Assembly (NCBI RefSeq): GCF_006345805.1
Contig: NC_042998.1
Coordinates: forward strand, 196,912,001-196,976,000
Origin: Octopus sinensis
Lineage: Eukaryota
Direction of reading: 5' to 3'
Length of the DNA stretch: 64,000 nt
Position numbers and translations under genes: made by a program
Notes under the pieces: model-generated
What the model was told of the DNA's origin: nothing
Seen by the model: the letters and a program-made list of their open reading frames with translations, nothing else
Database searches by the model: none
Part shown: positions 24,286-37,149 of the stretch, piece by piece
Layout: each line of letters begins with the position of its first letter
Position numbering within the stretch: the stretch's first letter is position 1

Positions 24286-24908
24286 GAACAAGCACTAAAT
24301 ATGGTATTTCAACACAAAAATTCCCACAATGCTAAAGCTCACAATCATTTGCAATGGTTGTTGTAAGCACCGAATGGCACCAAATGAATGCGGACAGTTG
24401 TGAATGCATTCACATCTATAAGCACCTGTAGACAGAATGTATTTTGAGAAAATCAATATTCTACCGGCTAAAACAATCGAAGCAAACGCCAGTGCACTGA
24501 CAGGTAGCAGAAGGTAAAGGGTATTTCTCAGAAATAATCACACAAATTTAAATAAAAAGAATATATAAATCGAAATGGTTTCTAGGGCTTCTCTGAAAAT
24601 GAAAGAGAGCCAAAACCAGGCTTCCTTTGGGAAAAAAAGGATGTTAGCATTAAAATTACTATATGTTAATTTGGAAGTAATGAAAATTCTTTATAAATAA
24701 AGTTATTTAAGTTCACGTAACCGGAAAACTTCAAATGGGATATAGGGTTCGGTAATATGTGATGTTGACCGATAAAGTGGCAAACCTTGTGAATGAGTAA
24801 GGTACCAGAACCAACCAAACAGTACTTTTTTTAGAATGTATCTGATGAATTTGATTTGTGAAATTCGTAAAAATGATAAGTAGAATTTACCAAAATATCA
24901 TTCAATTA

Positions 24909-25638
24909 CCGTAAATCCTTGAGTATAGTTCGCTCTTGAGTATAATACGCAGGGGATTTTTAGGGGGCTGTACCTCTGAAAAACCTAAACCTTGTGTATA
25001 ATACGCAGCCCTACTCTAACTTGAGTCAAGGAGGTCTATATAACGTCCTTGGTATGTAAAAATGTATACGATAACATCCTTTATTATTATTGTATATATA
25101 ACATAATGCAAACGTGTAGCTTTTTTGTGCATTTTGTTTGCAGAAAATAAAGAAATAACAGTAATAACGTTTAATAAATGTTGCTTACTGCAAGTTATGG
25201 ATGATTCTTTTATGACTTCATTGCTTTCAGGCTTAGCTTAACCCTTTCGTTACCAACCCGGCTCTGGTTTTGTAGTACAAATGTTTTGTTTTTATAAGTT
25301 TTGAATTAAAATCTTCCACCAAACCTTAGTTACAATTTATGTTCTTAACACTAGCTTAATGATAACAAAGTTATTTTACTAAATTATTTGTTATATTTAA
25401 AATAATGGAAAGAAACACAGAGCATCTCAAAATAAATATGGTAACAAAAGGGTTAAGGTATTTCCATGCCCAACATCACAAAATGCGTCTGAATAAAAAT
25501 TGCCGGACAGCAAATAGAGACTCGGACATTGCTTAGAAAATATTTTTCATCTTTAACCTCGTATATAATTCGTACTAGGGATTTTGACCTTTAAATCTTG
25601 GGGGGAAAAAAATGCAGATTATACTCGAGGATTTATGG
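24909..25638. mobile_element. Non-autonomous pogo/Tigger-like (Tc1/mariner superfamily) element
   Basis: TA|CCGTAAATCCTTGAGTATA ... TATACTCGAGGATTTATGG|TA. Confidence 0.8.
25242..25452. mobile_element. piggyBac-like MITE nested in a pogo/Tigger-like element
   Basis: TTAA TSD, CCCTTT TIRs; internal sequence is the reverse complement of 375-556. Confidence 0.85.
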
Positions 25639-26392
25639 TATGCATACTGATAAAAATAACTCATAATTTGAAATGTTGATACTAATATTCATTCTTCATG
25701 AAATGGAATTAAAGAATAAACAATGGTCATGTACATGTCAAATCAAGTGGGTCATGCAAAAGTCAAAAAATGCTGCTCATTTTTTGTTTTATATAAGAAT
25801 CTGTTAGCTAAAGTTTCAGATATTTGTCACCCAAATATGTTCAATTATCAACCAATTTGTCTTTTTCTACAGTGAACTGAATTTTGTTGTGAGAAAGTAT
25901 TCACACAGTTGATTGATCACCAATTAGTGTCATTTATTCATTATTCAAAATAACTGCCTTGTCTTCTTACTCTTTTGCATCAGCATATTTATTCAACACA
26001 AAACGACATGCCTGGATGCACATGTTTGAATACAGTTCATTCTAGAATGATATCGATTTTTACTGCAACCACATATGGTCTTTCATGAAATTGCTTAGAA
26101 AGCTAAATGCAATTAATGCTCAGATACTGATTGGGCGAACATAATGGCTGTTTGTACGTGATTTGCAGAATGATAGCCAATAAGTGTTATTGAAATCAGA
26201 TTTTCTATCAAGATTTTGATTAAAAAAGGGAAAAATCTCACCTTGAAACTAATGATTATGTTATGAAATTTGACTGATGCACCCACTGTTATGTCTTTTA
26301 CCAATGAGTTAAAATTTCAGCACAATCAGTTGGAAAATACAACCATTATAATCTTTTACACACATACACACACAGACAGAACAGGATTTATA

Positions 26393-26712
26393 TATAACTA
26401 GCACTATGAGCCGGCAACGCGAGTACTGTCCAAATCTCCGACCAATCACATACAGCTAGCTGGCATTCAATTGGCGTATCAAGGTTCGGGCATTTTGATT
26501 GGGTTTGGGATAGAAAATTCACAAAAAAGTCACTTCTATTGATTTTTTTAATGGCTTTGCAGGGTGACTGGGGAAATGTAAAGATGTGCACGACCACCCT
26601 TGGACGGTTTTGAATGACCATAGAAAGTGCGAGCCCTCTAACTGAAAAATTGTGGATTTGTATAAAGGACACACACACAGACAGACATTTTGCCGTTTAT
26701 ATATATAGAGAT
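26393..26712 (+). mobile_element. Shorter copy of the same Helitron-like family
   Basis: actagcactatgagccggc start; 3' part matches 7560-7720. Confidence 0.6.
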
Positions 26713-26780
26713 AGATGACCATGCTGGAGCACTGCTTTTAGTAATGACTGTGTTATTGCTGTTGATGCTGTTTATATAAG

Positions 26781-27010
26781 GAAGCGAGGTGGCAGAAACG
26801 TTAGCACGCTGGGCGAAATACTTAGCGGTGTTTCGTCTGTCGTTACGTTCTGAGTTCAAATTCCACCGAGGTCGACTTAACCTTTCATCCTTTTGGGGTC
26901 GATAAATTAAGTACCAGTTACCTACTGGAGTCGATGTAATAGACTTAATCCCTTTGTCTGCCCTTGTCTGTCCCCTCTATGTTTAGCCCCTTGTGGGCAA
27001 TAAAGAAATA
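26781..27010 (+). mobile_element. SINE-C
   Basis: Family match. Confidence 0.85.
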
Positions 27011-27204
27011 GCTGTTTATATATCTGAACAGACATACATGCAGGAAGGCTGATCAAGTCTTTAGAGCGTTTAACTTATCAAAACTTGGCCACAATAGGGC
27101 ACTGTCATTTGTAGAGACTGTTGATATTGTTTCTGAAAGGATGGACAGGAAACGGAAAAAGTGAGAGCAAGAGGGAGGGGAGGGAGAAAAGGAGAGTTAC
27201 TTAC

Positions 27205-27300
27205 CTGCTCCAAGGAGAGCTTGACGTGTTGGTGCCTGTCCGGATGCAGCTTGCAATACGTTGCCCATGTACACCTCCTGCACATCTTCACTGCTGATAC
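27205..27300 (-). CDS. ACAT1: ACAT1 exon ([33 protein letters not shown])
   Basis: Thiolase EVYMGNVLQ...GQAPTRQA motif; TAG acceptor, GTAAGT donor; 96 bp, phase 1-1. Confidence 0.97.
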
Positions 27301-27420
27301 CTAACAGGAAATAATAGAGACTTATTGAACGGACACCTCTTTTAAACCTACAGTAAATGCCAATACATACACATACAAAAAGATCCATACATACATTCAC
27401 ACATTATTCACACACCATAC

Positions 27421-27775
27421 AAGCGTGATCATTGCCAGAGCGGCTATCTAGCCTCCGCGCCGGTGGCACATAAAAGACACCATTCAAGCGTGATCGTTAC
27501 CAGCATCGCCTTACTGGCACCTGTGCCAGTGACATGTGTAAAAGATTCGAGCGTGGTCGTTGCCAGTACCACCTGACTGGCCCCGTGCCAGTGGCACATA
27601 AAAGCACCCACTACACTCTTGGAGTGGTTGGCATTAGGAAGGGCATCAAGCTGTAGAAACTCTGCCAGATCAAGACTGAAGCATGGTGCAGCCATCTGGT
27701 TTGCCAGCCCTCAGTCAAATCGTCCAACCCATGCTAGCATGGAAAGCAGACATTAAATGATGATGATGATGATGA
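27421..27775 (+). mobile_element. SINE-B
   Basis: Family core + tail. Confidence 0.85.
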
Positions 27776-28050
27776 CACACACACAGATATATCTGCATAC
27801 AGATGTATATGCACATAAACACATATACGCACAAAGATACTGGCACACACAGAAAGACAGATATATACATACAGAGAGAAAACTTGCATACATAGCCAAA
27901 TATCCATAAACAGAGATAAGCACACGCCATACTGCATACATGTGAAGGATTATTTCTGGTTGTCAATTGTAACCACTGTTGCCATAGAGTGATCATTGAG
28001 TGGTTAGAACACACAGACAGACCATACACTAATATATATATATATATATA

Positions 28051-28283
28051 TTCTGAGTTCAAATTCTACCGAGGTCGACTTTGCCTTTCATCCTTTCGGG
28101 GTCGATAAATTAAGTACCAGTTACGCACTGGGGTCGATGTAAAACGACTTAATCCGTTTGCCTGTCCTTGTTTGTCCCCTCCATGTTTAGCCCCATGTGG
28201 ATAGTAAAGAAATATGTATTTCAAAAAGGCGGCGAGCTGGCCGAAACATTAGCATGCCAGGCGAAATGCGTAGCCGTTCTGAG
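28051..28283 (+). mobile_element. Circularly permuted SINE-C
   Basis: Body+tail precede the head; 17-bp TSD agaccatacactaatat at 28019-28035 and 28282-28298. Confidence 0.8.
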
Positions 28284-28454
28284 ACCATACACTAATATGA
28301 TAGACTTCTGTCTCTTATTTTTTTTATATGGTGCAGATATGTCTAGTGACCTGACATACACACATGCTATACTTTACACACATACACACGTGTCTGCGTG
28401 ATTAAATACAACCAATATTACATACATGCACACCATACACAAACACACACCCTA

Positions 28455-28479
<25 letters not shown>

Positions 28480-28499
<20 letters not shown>

Positions 28500-28712
28500 T
28501 TGTGTGTCTGTGTTTGTTCCCCTAGCATTGCTTGACAACCGATGCTGGTGTGTTTACGTCCCCGTCACTTAGCGGTTAGGCAAAAAGAGACCGATAGAAT
28601 AAGTACTGGGCTTACAAAAAGAATAAGTCCCGGGGTCAAGTTGCTCGACTAAAGGCGGTGCTCCAGCATGGCCGCAGTCAAATGACTGAAACAAGTAAAA
28701 GAGAAAAGAGTA
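28480..28712 (+). mobile_element. SINE-A 3' half
   Basis: Family match. Confidence 0.8.
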
Positions 28713-29184
28713 TATACTCTAGACTTAGCATTCTATACACACACCACATTCCATACATACACATAAACACAAACTGTACACTATATTCACACATTACAAA
28801 CTTTCTACATACTCAGACACATCCTTACACTACACCATACATACAGACAGACACACACATTAACAAACCTTACACACACTGCACACTATAGTCATGCAAA
28901 CACAACCCTTGCACATACACACACAATCTATTCATACAAATACAAGCTTTACACATAGACACACAACCAAACATACACACATTACATCATACCATACTAC
29001 AGACTATGCACCATACACTTACACACACACACACTATAGACTTCATATGCTATACACCAACCACCACACACCTTCCTCTACCTGTCCATACTCCTTCCTC
29101 TACTGCTGCACAAACCTTTGTAATATCACCCAACCTGCTAATTGCTCCGACACTGCTCTGACACATTCCTTAGCACGAACTTAC

Positions 29185-29302
29185 CTGCTTTCTTCAGAGC
29201 TTCGGTAATGACCACTGACCCCAGTTTCGGTGCAGGCACCGATGCCATGGCACCCAGGAAGGGAATGATGGGTGTCCTCACATAGCTGGCTATTATCACA
29301 TC
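29185..29302 (-). CDS. ACAT1: ACAT1 exon (DVIIASYVRTPIIPFLGAMASVPAPKLGSVVITEALKKA-G)
   Basis: Thiolase N-terminal motif; CAG acceptor, GTAAGT donor; 118 bp, phase 0-1 (same length as I recall for human exon 3). Confidence 0.95.
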
Positions 29303-29511
29303 CTGTCGCAAATAAGAAATCAACAATAAAAATAACGTCAACAATAATACATACTCCCACCCTTGTAAATTCTTATCAACCATAAAACACACACACACAC
29401 GTGCAGGCAAACACTAGCATCATTGGTTTTGAGTCAGTCATGTAAATATGCTAAAGATAGAAACCAAATTTTCTCAAAAATGACACCTACTGTCTTATAA
29501 AATAATGGAAA

Positions 29512-29514
<3 letters not shown>

Positions 29515-29542
<28 letters not shown>

Positions 29543-29815
29543 GTTTAACGTCTGCTTTCCATGCTAGCATGGGTTGGACGATTTAACTGAGGGCTGGTGA
29601 ACCAGATGGCTGCACCAGGCTCCAATCTTGATTTGGCAGAGTTTCTACAGCTGGATGCCCTTCCTAACGCCAACCACTCCAAGAGTGTAGTGAGTGCTTC
29701 TACATGCCACCGGCACGAGGTTCCAGTCAGGAGGTACTGGCAACGGCCATGCTCAAATGGTGCTTTTTATGTGCCACCTGCACAGGAGCCAGTCCAGCGG
29801 CACTGGCAACGACAT
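29515..29815 (-). mobile_element. SINE-B
   Basis: Family core + tail. Confidence 0.85.
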
Positions 29816-30229
29816 TAAATTAAATAGCCCTAGATATACTTGATCTGAATAAAAGAGGTGATCGTCACCACAGGAACATCTTTGGCTCTGGGTCAAGTGG
29901 ATCAAGGCTAATCTGGGATTAAATGATAACTAAAAATACATAACAAAAGATTAGATTATCCAGAAAGACCACCTGGCTGTGGAAAACCTACCTCAACAAA
30001 TTCCATCTGATCCATGCAAGCAGAGAAAAGTGGACATTAAATGATGATGATGATGATGATGATGATATACTCAAGTAGATGCAAGCATGGGTGTGTGGTT
30101 AAGAAGCTTGCTTTGTAACAATGTGGTTTTGGGTTCAATCTGTGCAGCAATCTGAGCAAGTGTCTTCTACTTTAGCCTGAACAAGCCAATGCCTTCTGGA
30201 CAGGACTGGCAGATACAAACTGCCATATA

Positions 30230-30400
30230 TCATCATCATCATCATTTAATGTCCATTGTCCATGCTGCATGGGTTGGACAGTTTGCCTGGGCTGGCATGC
30301 TGGAAGGCTGCACCAGACTCCAGTCTTATTTGGTATGGATGCCCTTCCTAATGCCAACCACTTTGAGAGTGTAATGGGTGCTTTTATGTACCACCGACAT
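30230..30400 (-). mobile_element. SINE-B, diverged
   Basis: Family core + tail. Confidence 0.7.
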
Positions 30401-30499
30401 GGGTGTCAATTTGCGTGACACTGGTATCTGTTATGTCTGCAATTTTGCACAGCTTGGTGGGTCTTCTCCTCAAGCATGACATAATACCAAAGGTCTTGG

Positions 30500-30650
30500 T
30501 CATTGCCTCCATCAGGCCCAACACTCAAAAGGATCTCAGCCACTTTGCCTCTGTGAGGTCCAACACTAGAAAGGATCTCAGCCACTTTGCATCCATGAGG
30601 CCCAATGCTCAAAAGGAGCTCAGCCGTTTTGCCTCTGTGAGACCCAATGT
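30500..30650. repeat. Minisatellite, 42-bp unit, about 3.5 copies
   Basis: Unit starts at 30541, 30583 and 30625. Confidence 0.85.
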
Positions 30651-30933
30651 TCATATATATATATATATATATATGATCACTGTGACTGACCAGGCTATCA
30701 GATGTTGCTACACATTGCTGGTCACAATGCGCTTCGCATTGTTTTAGCCTTCAAATGACGCCACCCTGCTGGCCAACAGAAGAAAGAATGAGAGAAAGTT
30801 GTGGCGAAACAGTACATCAGGGAACTTTTAGGTGTTTTCGCTCAATAAACACTCACAACGCCCGGTTTGGAATTCTAAACCGCGATCCTACGACCGCGAG
30901 TCCACTCCCCTAACCACTGGTACATTGCACCTC

Positions 30934-31011
<78 letters not shown>

Positions 31012-31469
31012 ATAAGCATGTATGTATGTGTGTGTGTGTGTGTGTATGTATGTATAGGTGGTTATAAAGCTACAGTACTAAACAATCACACAATATATTG
31101 GTGTTGCAGGAAATACCTTTGTGGTGAGTGACAGTAACTGATACAACTTAGGAGTGTTGGACAAAAGGTCTTGCAATATTTAATTACAGCCCTTTTAACT
31201 TCTAAGTTCAAATCAACAAAATATTGACCATGCCTTTTATCATTCCAGAGATAAAAAAAAATAAAACTGTTGCTATACAGCCACTTTATGTTTATTATTG
31301 TAGCCACACAATCACTTTACATTTAATACTGTAGCTATGGAATGCCAACATTCACACACACACACACACACCCCGTATATACAGAGAGACCGTAAAGAAC
31401 TATGGTCAATATAACCATCTGTTCGCTCCCCTAAAACATGTTAGGGTTTTATGTTTACGTAAAAATCAA

Positions 31470-31925
31470 AAATCAAACCAAATCAAATCAGATATCAGAA
31501 AGCAGAACCAAAATCGAAGTCGATCAACATCAATGGAAATTGCAGCTGTGATACCAGTGCCGGTGACAAGTAAGCGAACCAACCGATCGTGGCCATTGCC
31601 AGCGCCGCCCCGACTTGCCTCCGTGCTGGTGGCACGTAAAAAGCACCATCCGTTTGTGGCCGTTGCCAGCCTCGCCCCTGTGCCAGTGGCACGTAAAAAG
31701 CACCATCCGATCGTGGCTGTCTGCCAGCTCCGTCTGGCACCTGTGCGGGTGGCATGTAAAAAGCACCCACTACACTCACGGAGTGGTTGGCGTTAGGAAG
31801 AGCATCCAGCCATAGAAACACTGCCAGATCAGACTGGGCCTGATGCAGCCTTCTGGCTTCACAGACCCCAGTTGAACCCATGCTAACATGGAAAACGGAT
31901 GCTAAATGATGATGATGATGATGAT
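31470..31925 (+). mobile_element. SINE-B, long form
   Basis: Family core + tail; 5' extension matches 14090-14155. Confidence 0.85.
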
Positions 31926-33360
31926 GTAAGAAATCATTCTGAAACACAATCCATTAGTGTTCTATTTTTGTTGCAATGCTAGAAATATATATCACAAACT
32001 ATTTAATTATTCTTCACCTCCAGGATCCCTTTGGAACTACTAACAAGAATCAGTATATCTTGCTACAACTGCAACATAAAAAAAAAAAAGTTCAGTATTG
32101 CCATCAAACCATTCATTAGGCAGGAAACAAGCAATGTTTTAAGGGCTTCCTCAATGTCTTGTTTTGTCCTTGAAATATTGTGCGATCAACGTTAAGCACA
32201 AAGCTGGGCGAGGGAGAAACGCAGAATGTTGTAAGCAGAAATATTACAGATTACTTTAGAGTATGACTTACGTAACCTACTCTTAGCGCTGCTCATTAAT
32301 AAACTTCAGAACGAGGTCATATTTGATGTGGAGATAGTAGGAAATATAAGAATTCAACTAAAATATAATGAGTTAAGAGGGCACAGGCTGTGCTTCTATC
32401 TCAATTTTCTTAATTAGCCAAGTTTTTGTTTAATTAACTTAATTGAAATTAGGGTCAAAGACTGCTGTTTTCTAATTTTTGACATTTTCTCAGAGATATT
32501 TTGCTTTTCATTTTTATCTTTTTTTTGTTTTGTTTTGAAGGTGTTGGCTATTTAACTAATGGTTTAGAGTTTCAGTCAAAGTACTACATTTTTATTTAAG
32601 AGGTGATTAACCCTTTGGAGGTCAACTGTTTTTCATACACTGAAGAAATGGAGTAATTTTAATGACACACACACAGACACTCATACACTGGTGCGGGCAT
32701 GGATATGGGGTTAGGAAATTTGCTGCCCAACTATGAGGTTTTGAGTTCAGTTTCTCTGTATGGCACCTTGAGCAAGTGTCTTTTACTACAGCTCTGGACC
32801 AACCAAGCCTTATGAGTGTTTGTTGTATATGTGTGTGCATTTATTCACATGATCAGATTGGAGCCTGGTGCTGCCCACTGGCTTGCCAGACACCAGCAAA
32901 AACCGTCCAACCCATGCCAGCATGCAAAGCAGATGTTAAATGATGATGATGATGATGATGATGATAGCTGTAAATAAGCATTATCATCATTATAAGCAGT
33001 GTTGATCGTTTCCAATCTCCTGTGAAAATATGTCTGCCACGGGGAAATATTACCTTACTTGGTAAAGGTTGGTGACAGGAAGAGCATAATAAAACTGCCT
33101 TACAGATGGTGGCGATGATGTTGATGATGTGTGTGTGTGTCTGTGTGTCTATGCACACAGTTGCAGGAATGAAGAATGGCTGCATGGTTAAGAAGTTCAC
33201 TGGGATTGGATACCATTGTGTGTCATCTTAGGTTAGTAGCTTTACCAAAGCATTGGGTTGACTGAAGCCTTGCAATTCAATTTGTGCAGCACAGAAAATA
33301 TCTGAGGAACTGTAATTCAAAGGTTCAGCCTTGTCACACACAAAGAATTTATTTGGGGTA

Positions 33361-33730
33361 GCACCATCCGAGCGTGATCGTTGCCAGAGCGGCTATCTGG
33401 CCTCCGTGCCAGTGGCACCTAAAAGGGCACTGTTCGAGCGTGATCGTTACCAACATCGCCTTACTCTTACTGGCACCTGTGCCAGTGGCATGTGTAAAAA
33501 GATTCGAGCAAGATCGTTGCCAGTACCACCTGACTGGCCCCGTGCCGATGGAATGTAAAAAGCACCCACTACACTCTCGGAGTGGTTGGCGTTAGGAAGG
33601 GCATCCAGCTGTAGAAACTCTGCCAGATCAAGACTGGAGCCTGGTGCAGCCATCTGGTTCGCCAGCCCTCAGTCAAAGTCGTCCAACCCATGCTAGCATG
33701 GAAAGCGGACGTTAAACGATGAGGATGATG
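33361..33730 (+). mobile_element. SINE-B
   Basis: Family core + tail. Confidence 0.85.
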
Positions 33731-34697
33731 TTGCATGTGTGTGAAATTCTCAACCACTTCACATTCAAAGTCAATGAGTTGATAGTTCACTCCTGCTGTA
33801 ATAACTTCACTGGTTTTATTATGACATTTAAATACACACACAAAAGAAAAAACGGAAAAGAGAGAAATAGGAAAACAGCAGAAGATGGAGGGGGAGTGGG
33901 CAATGGGTCACATATCCCAGAACAAGTGGGAGTTCCACAGTAATGACCATTATGGCCCTGCCACACAGAATAGCCAGCTCTTTCTCTCTCTCTATATATA
34001 TATATATCTATATTTATCATCATCATTGTTTAACATCCATTTTCCATAGATACCAAAGTGAGTGGTATATTAGAATAGAGCTTGTTAGAAAATGAAAAAT
34101 AAATCACAGACCTTTAACAAAAACAAGTCAACTATTTGATGACTTCGCCAGATTAAAATCAACAATTCATTGAAGTTTACAGTCAGTCATTTCTGAACTG
34201 ACTTGTCTCCAAAACAATCAACTGGAAATCTTTTGTTCTTTGTTTCATTTTTCAATAAACAGCTGGTATTTTATGATGATAATGATGACAGCAATAAACA
34301 GCTGTGACCCATTTGCCATCCAAAATCCTTAAGAATCCAGTTCTTTCCCCTCCTTCCTACTGCATCTAATTTATTTATCTTCTGTCTAAACATTCCTCAC
34401 ACACACACACACACACATTCAAAACAACAAACAGGTGGTCAAACTGCTTAACTGATTATTCTCTGATATTGGTTATCTCTAGACCCAAGAAAAATTTATT
34501 AAAAATATTTTTGAGTTCCTGACAACTTTCAATAAATAGCTGACATCCTTCACACACACATATACAAAGCAACAATATTCTCAATATTTCACAGTTTTTG
34601 AAAATTTCCAGTAGGGATGAAAGCACTTATTTGAGCATAATGGATACAATAAAAAGTACTTCCCCTCCTCCTGACTACTTTCTTCTTTATTAATCAT

Positions 34698-34975
34698 TAC
34701 CAACGTCGCCTTACTGGCACCTGTGCCAGTGGAATGTGTAAAAAGATTCAAGTGAGGTCATTGCCAGTACCGCCTGACTCCCCTCCCCCCGTGCCGTGGC
34801 AAAGCATCCACTACACTCTCAGAATGGTTGGCATTAGGAAGGGCATCCAGCTGTAGAAACTCTTCCAGATCAAGATTGGAGCCTGGTGCAGCCATCTGGT
34901 TCGCCAGCCCTCAGTCAAAATCGTCCGACCCATGATAGCATGGAAAGCGGATGTTAAACGATGATGATGATGATG
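34698..34975 (+). mobile_element. SINE-B
   Basis: Family core + tail, about 50 bp from the ACAT1 donor at 35024. Confidence 0.85.
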
Positions 34976-35024
34976 ACACAGACACAGACACACATTATGT
35001 GAAAAATTGAATGAAGTTACTTAC

Positions 35025-35078
35025 ATTAAGACCTGACACTTGAGAGAAGGTCCTTCGAAACACATTGAGCATCATCGG
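35025..35078 (-). CDS. ACAT1: ACAT1 exon carrying the likely start and mitochondrial presequence ((P)MMLNVFRRTFSQVSGLN); first ATG at 35075
   Basis: Long pyrimidine tract + TTTCAG acceptor, GTAAGT donor, 54 bp, phase 0-0. Ends ...GLN, joining in frame to DVIIAS. Arg/Ser-rich with an RRTF|S cleavage-like motif. Not in the ORF track. Confidence 0.8.
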
Positions 35079-35199
35079 CTGAAACATAGAGAGAAAGAAA
35101 GAAAGAGAAGACCCTTAATATGGCATCGTTATGGGTGATACAGTATCAAGTTTTAATGAATGAATGATGCAACTGTGTGTGTGTGTGTGTGTTTATACT

Positions 35200-35592
35200 C
35201 TCTTTTGCTCTTTTACTTGTTCCAGTCATTTGACTGCGGCCATGCTGGAGCACCGCCTTTAGTCGGCCAAATCGACCCCGGGACTTATTCTTTGTAAGCC
35301 CAGTACTTATTCTATCGGTCTCTTTTGCCGAACCGCTAAGTGACGGGGACGTAAACACACCAGCATCGGTTGTCAAGCAATGCTAGGGGACAAACACACA
35401 CACACATATATATATGTATATATATATATACATACATATATACGACGGGCTTCTTTCAGTTTCCGTCTACCAAATCCACTCACAAGGCATTGGTCCGCCC
35501 AAGGCTATAGCAGAAGACACTTGCCCAAGGAACTGAACCCGCAACCATGTGGTTGGTTAGCAAGCTACTTACCACACAGCCACTCCTGTGCC
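35200..35592 (-). mobile_element. SINE-A
   Basis: Family match, about 120 bp upstream of the ACAT1 acceptor at 35078. Confidence 0.85.
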
Positions 35593-35904
35593 TATATATA
35601 TATATATTATTAACAACAACAACAATAACAATAACTGTTTTAAATTTTGGCACAGGGCAACCAAGTGTTTGGGGATGGGTTAAGTCCTTTACACTGACTC
35701 CATTGCTCAACTGGTTCTTATTTTATCAACCCTGAATAGATGAAAAGCAAAGTCAACCTTGATGGAATTTGAACTCAGAACTTTAGGGACCCATCTAAAT
35801 TGCCACTAAGTATTTTGCCTGATATTATTATTATTATAATAAAAATAACAATAATAATAATAATAACAACAATAACAATAACAACAATAATAATAATAAT
35901 AATA

Positions 35905-36340
35905 AAGGACGTGTTTATTAATTGACATGAGTATTCCTTGCGATCACAATATAGCGGCGAAATAGAAATTGAAAAAATGTGGCATCTCAAGGCGACTACA
36001 GTACCAGTGATTGTAGGATCTCTAGGAATGGTAAAAAAAGGTACTGAAACCTATTTGAAAATGATACCAGGCTTACCATCCTTACAGGAAGTACAAAAAT
36101 TCGTGTTAACTGGAATGGCTCATGTACAGAGAAGAGCATTATCGCTGTGAAAACAACATCCATTCATGAATTTATTTATTTATTAATTTTTTAAATACAT
36201 ATTTTACCTGTGAATTTTCATGTGTAATCTGGGAATGCATACAATGAGCTTCTCTGCCCTAGGTATATGGAAAACACTCAGCGAGAAACGGAAGAAAATT
36301 TAAAGAAAGAAGGAAAAATAAAAATAATAATAATAATCCT
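35905..36340 (+). mobile_element. 3' fragment of a restriction-like-endonuclease LINE (R4/Dong-like) between (AAT)n tracts
   Basis: LLIDMSIPCDHNIAAK..IEIEKMWHLKATTVPVIVGSLG RLE-type C-terminus; 3'UTR ends in (AAT)n. Confidence 0.75.
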
Positions 36341-37149
36341 TACTATTAAAGGCACAAGGCCTGAAATTTTGGGGGAGGGGGAAAGCCAATTACATTAACC
36401 CCAGTACTTGACTGGTATTTAATTTATCGACCTTGAAAGGGCGAAAGGCAAAATCAACCTCAGCGGAATATGAATGCAGAACATACAGATGGGTGAACTA
36501 CCACTAAGCATTTTGGCCGATGTGCTAATGATTCTGCCAGCTCACTGCCTTAAAAGTACTGTCACCCCAATAATAAGATTTAAGAGGATTAGTCAGGTGA
36601 TCTTGGTAAAACGCAGTTTGTTAGTCTCTAGCATAAACATGGTTTGTATACAGAACACAGCTGACTTGATAACTGATCAATAAAATTTATTAATCAATGC
36701 GTCAAATACAGTTTGTCCCATATCAAGATTAGACAGAAAATTTCCCATAAAATGACAAGTGTTATACAGCACCATTTTGAAAGTAACAAATGCTGTTTAT
36801 AATTGTGATAATTAAAGTCTATAAATAAAAGGGATGGAAGTGGTTGGTGAGAACTAAAATTGTTTCAAAAAGCACATTGAATATATATTACATAACTCAT
36901 CTGATGAGCTTTTTTGAAACAATTGTAGTGCTCAATGATCTTGTCACTCCCTTCATCTTATATTGCTCTGTGATCACTTTGACACCTGATGTGTGGTACA
37001 TCGTCCACCTGTTCAGGTAATGTCGATTTGATGGAGGGTGTGAGCTAATGTGTTTCACGAACACTTGATCGCTATAAACAGATCATTTGTGCAGGTCGTT
37101 CACCAATATGCTGAATGACCATATGCCGCCTTCAACAGGAGAGTCCATC

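Noticed and set aside
24842-24875. CTGATGA...GAAA...GTA motif
   Set aside because: No stem I complementarity and no real stem II.
30403-30747. 114-aa ORF with 14-aa repeats
   Set aside because: Product of the 42-bp minisatellite within a SINE-B-related repeat; no splice or domain support.
32018-32068. Strong poly-T acceptor with a possible 51-bp exon
   Set aside because: In-frame stops from the first AG in all phases and a weak GTGAAG donor.
32272-32296. Candidate ACAT1 first exon (MSSAKSRL + GTAAGT donor) in a small CpG-rich patch
   Set aside because: Lies downstream of the better exon 35025-35078, is phase 1, and no stop-free phase-compatible partner exon with a good acceptor was found before 29302.
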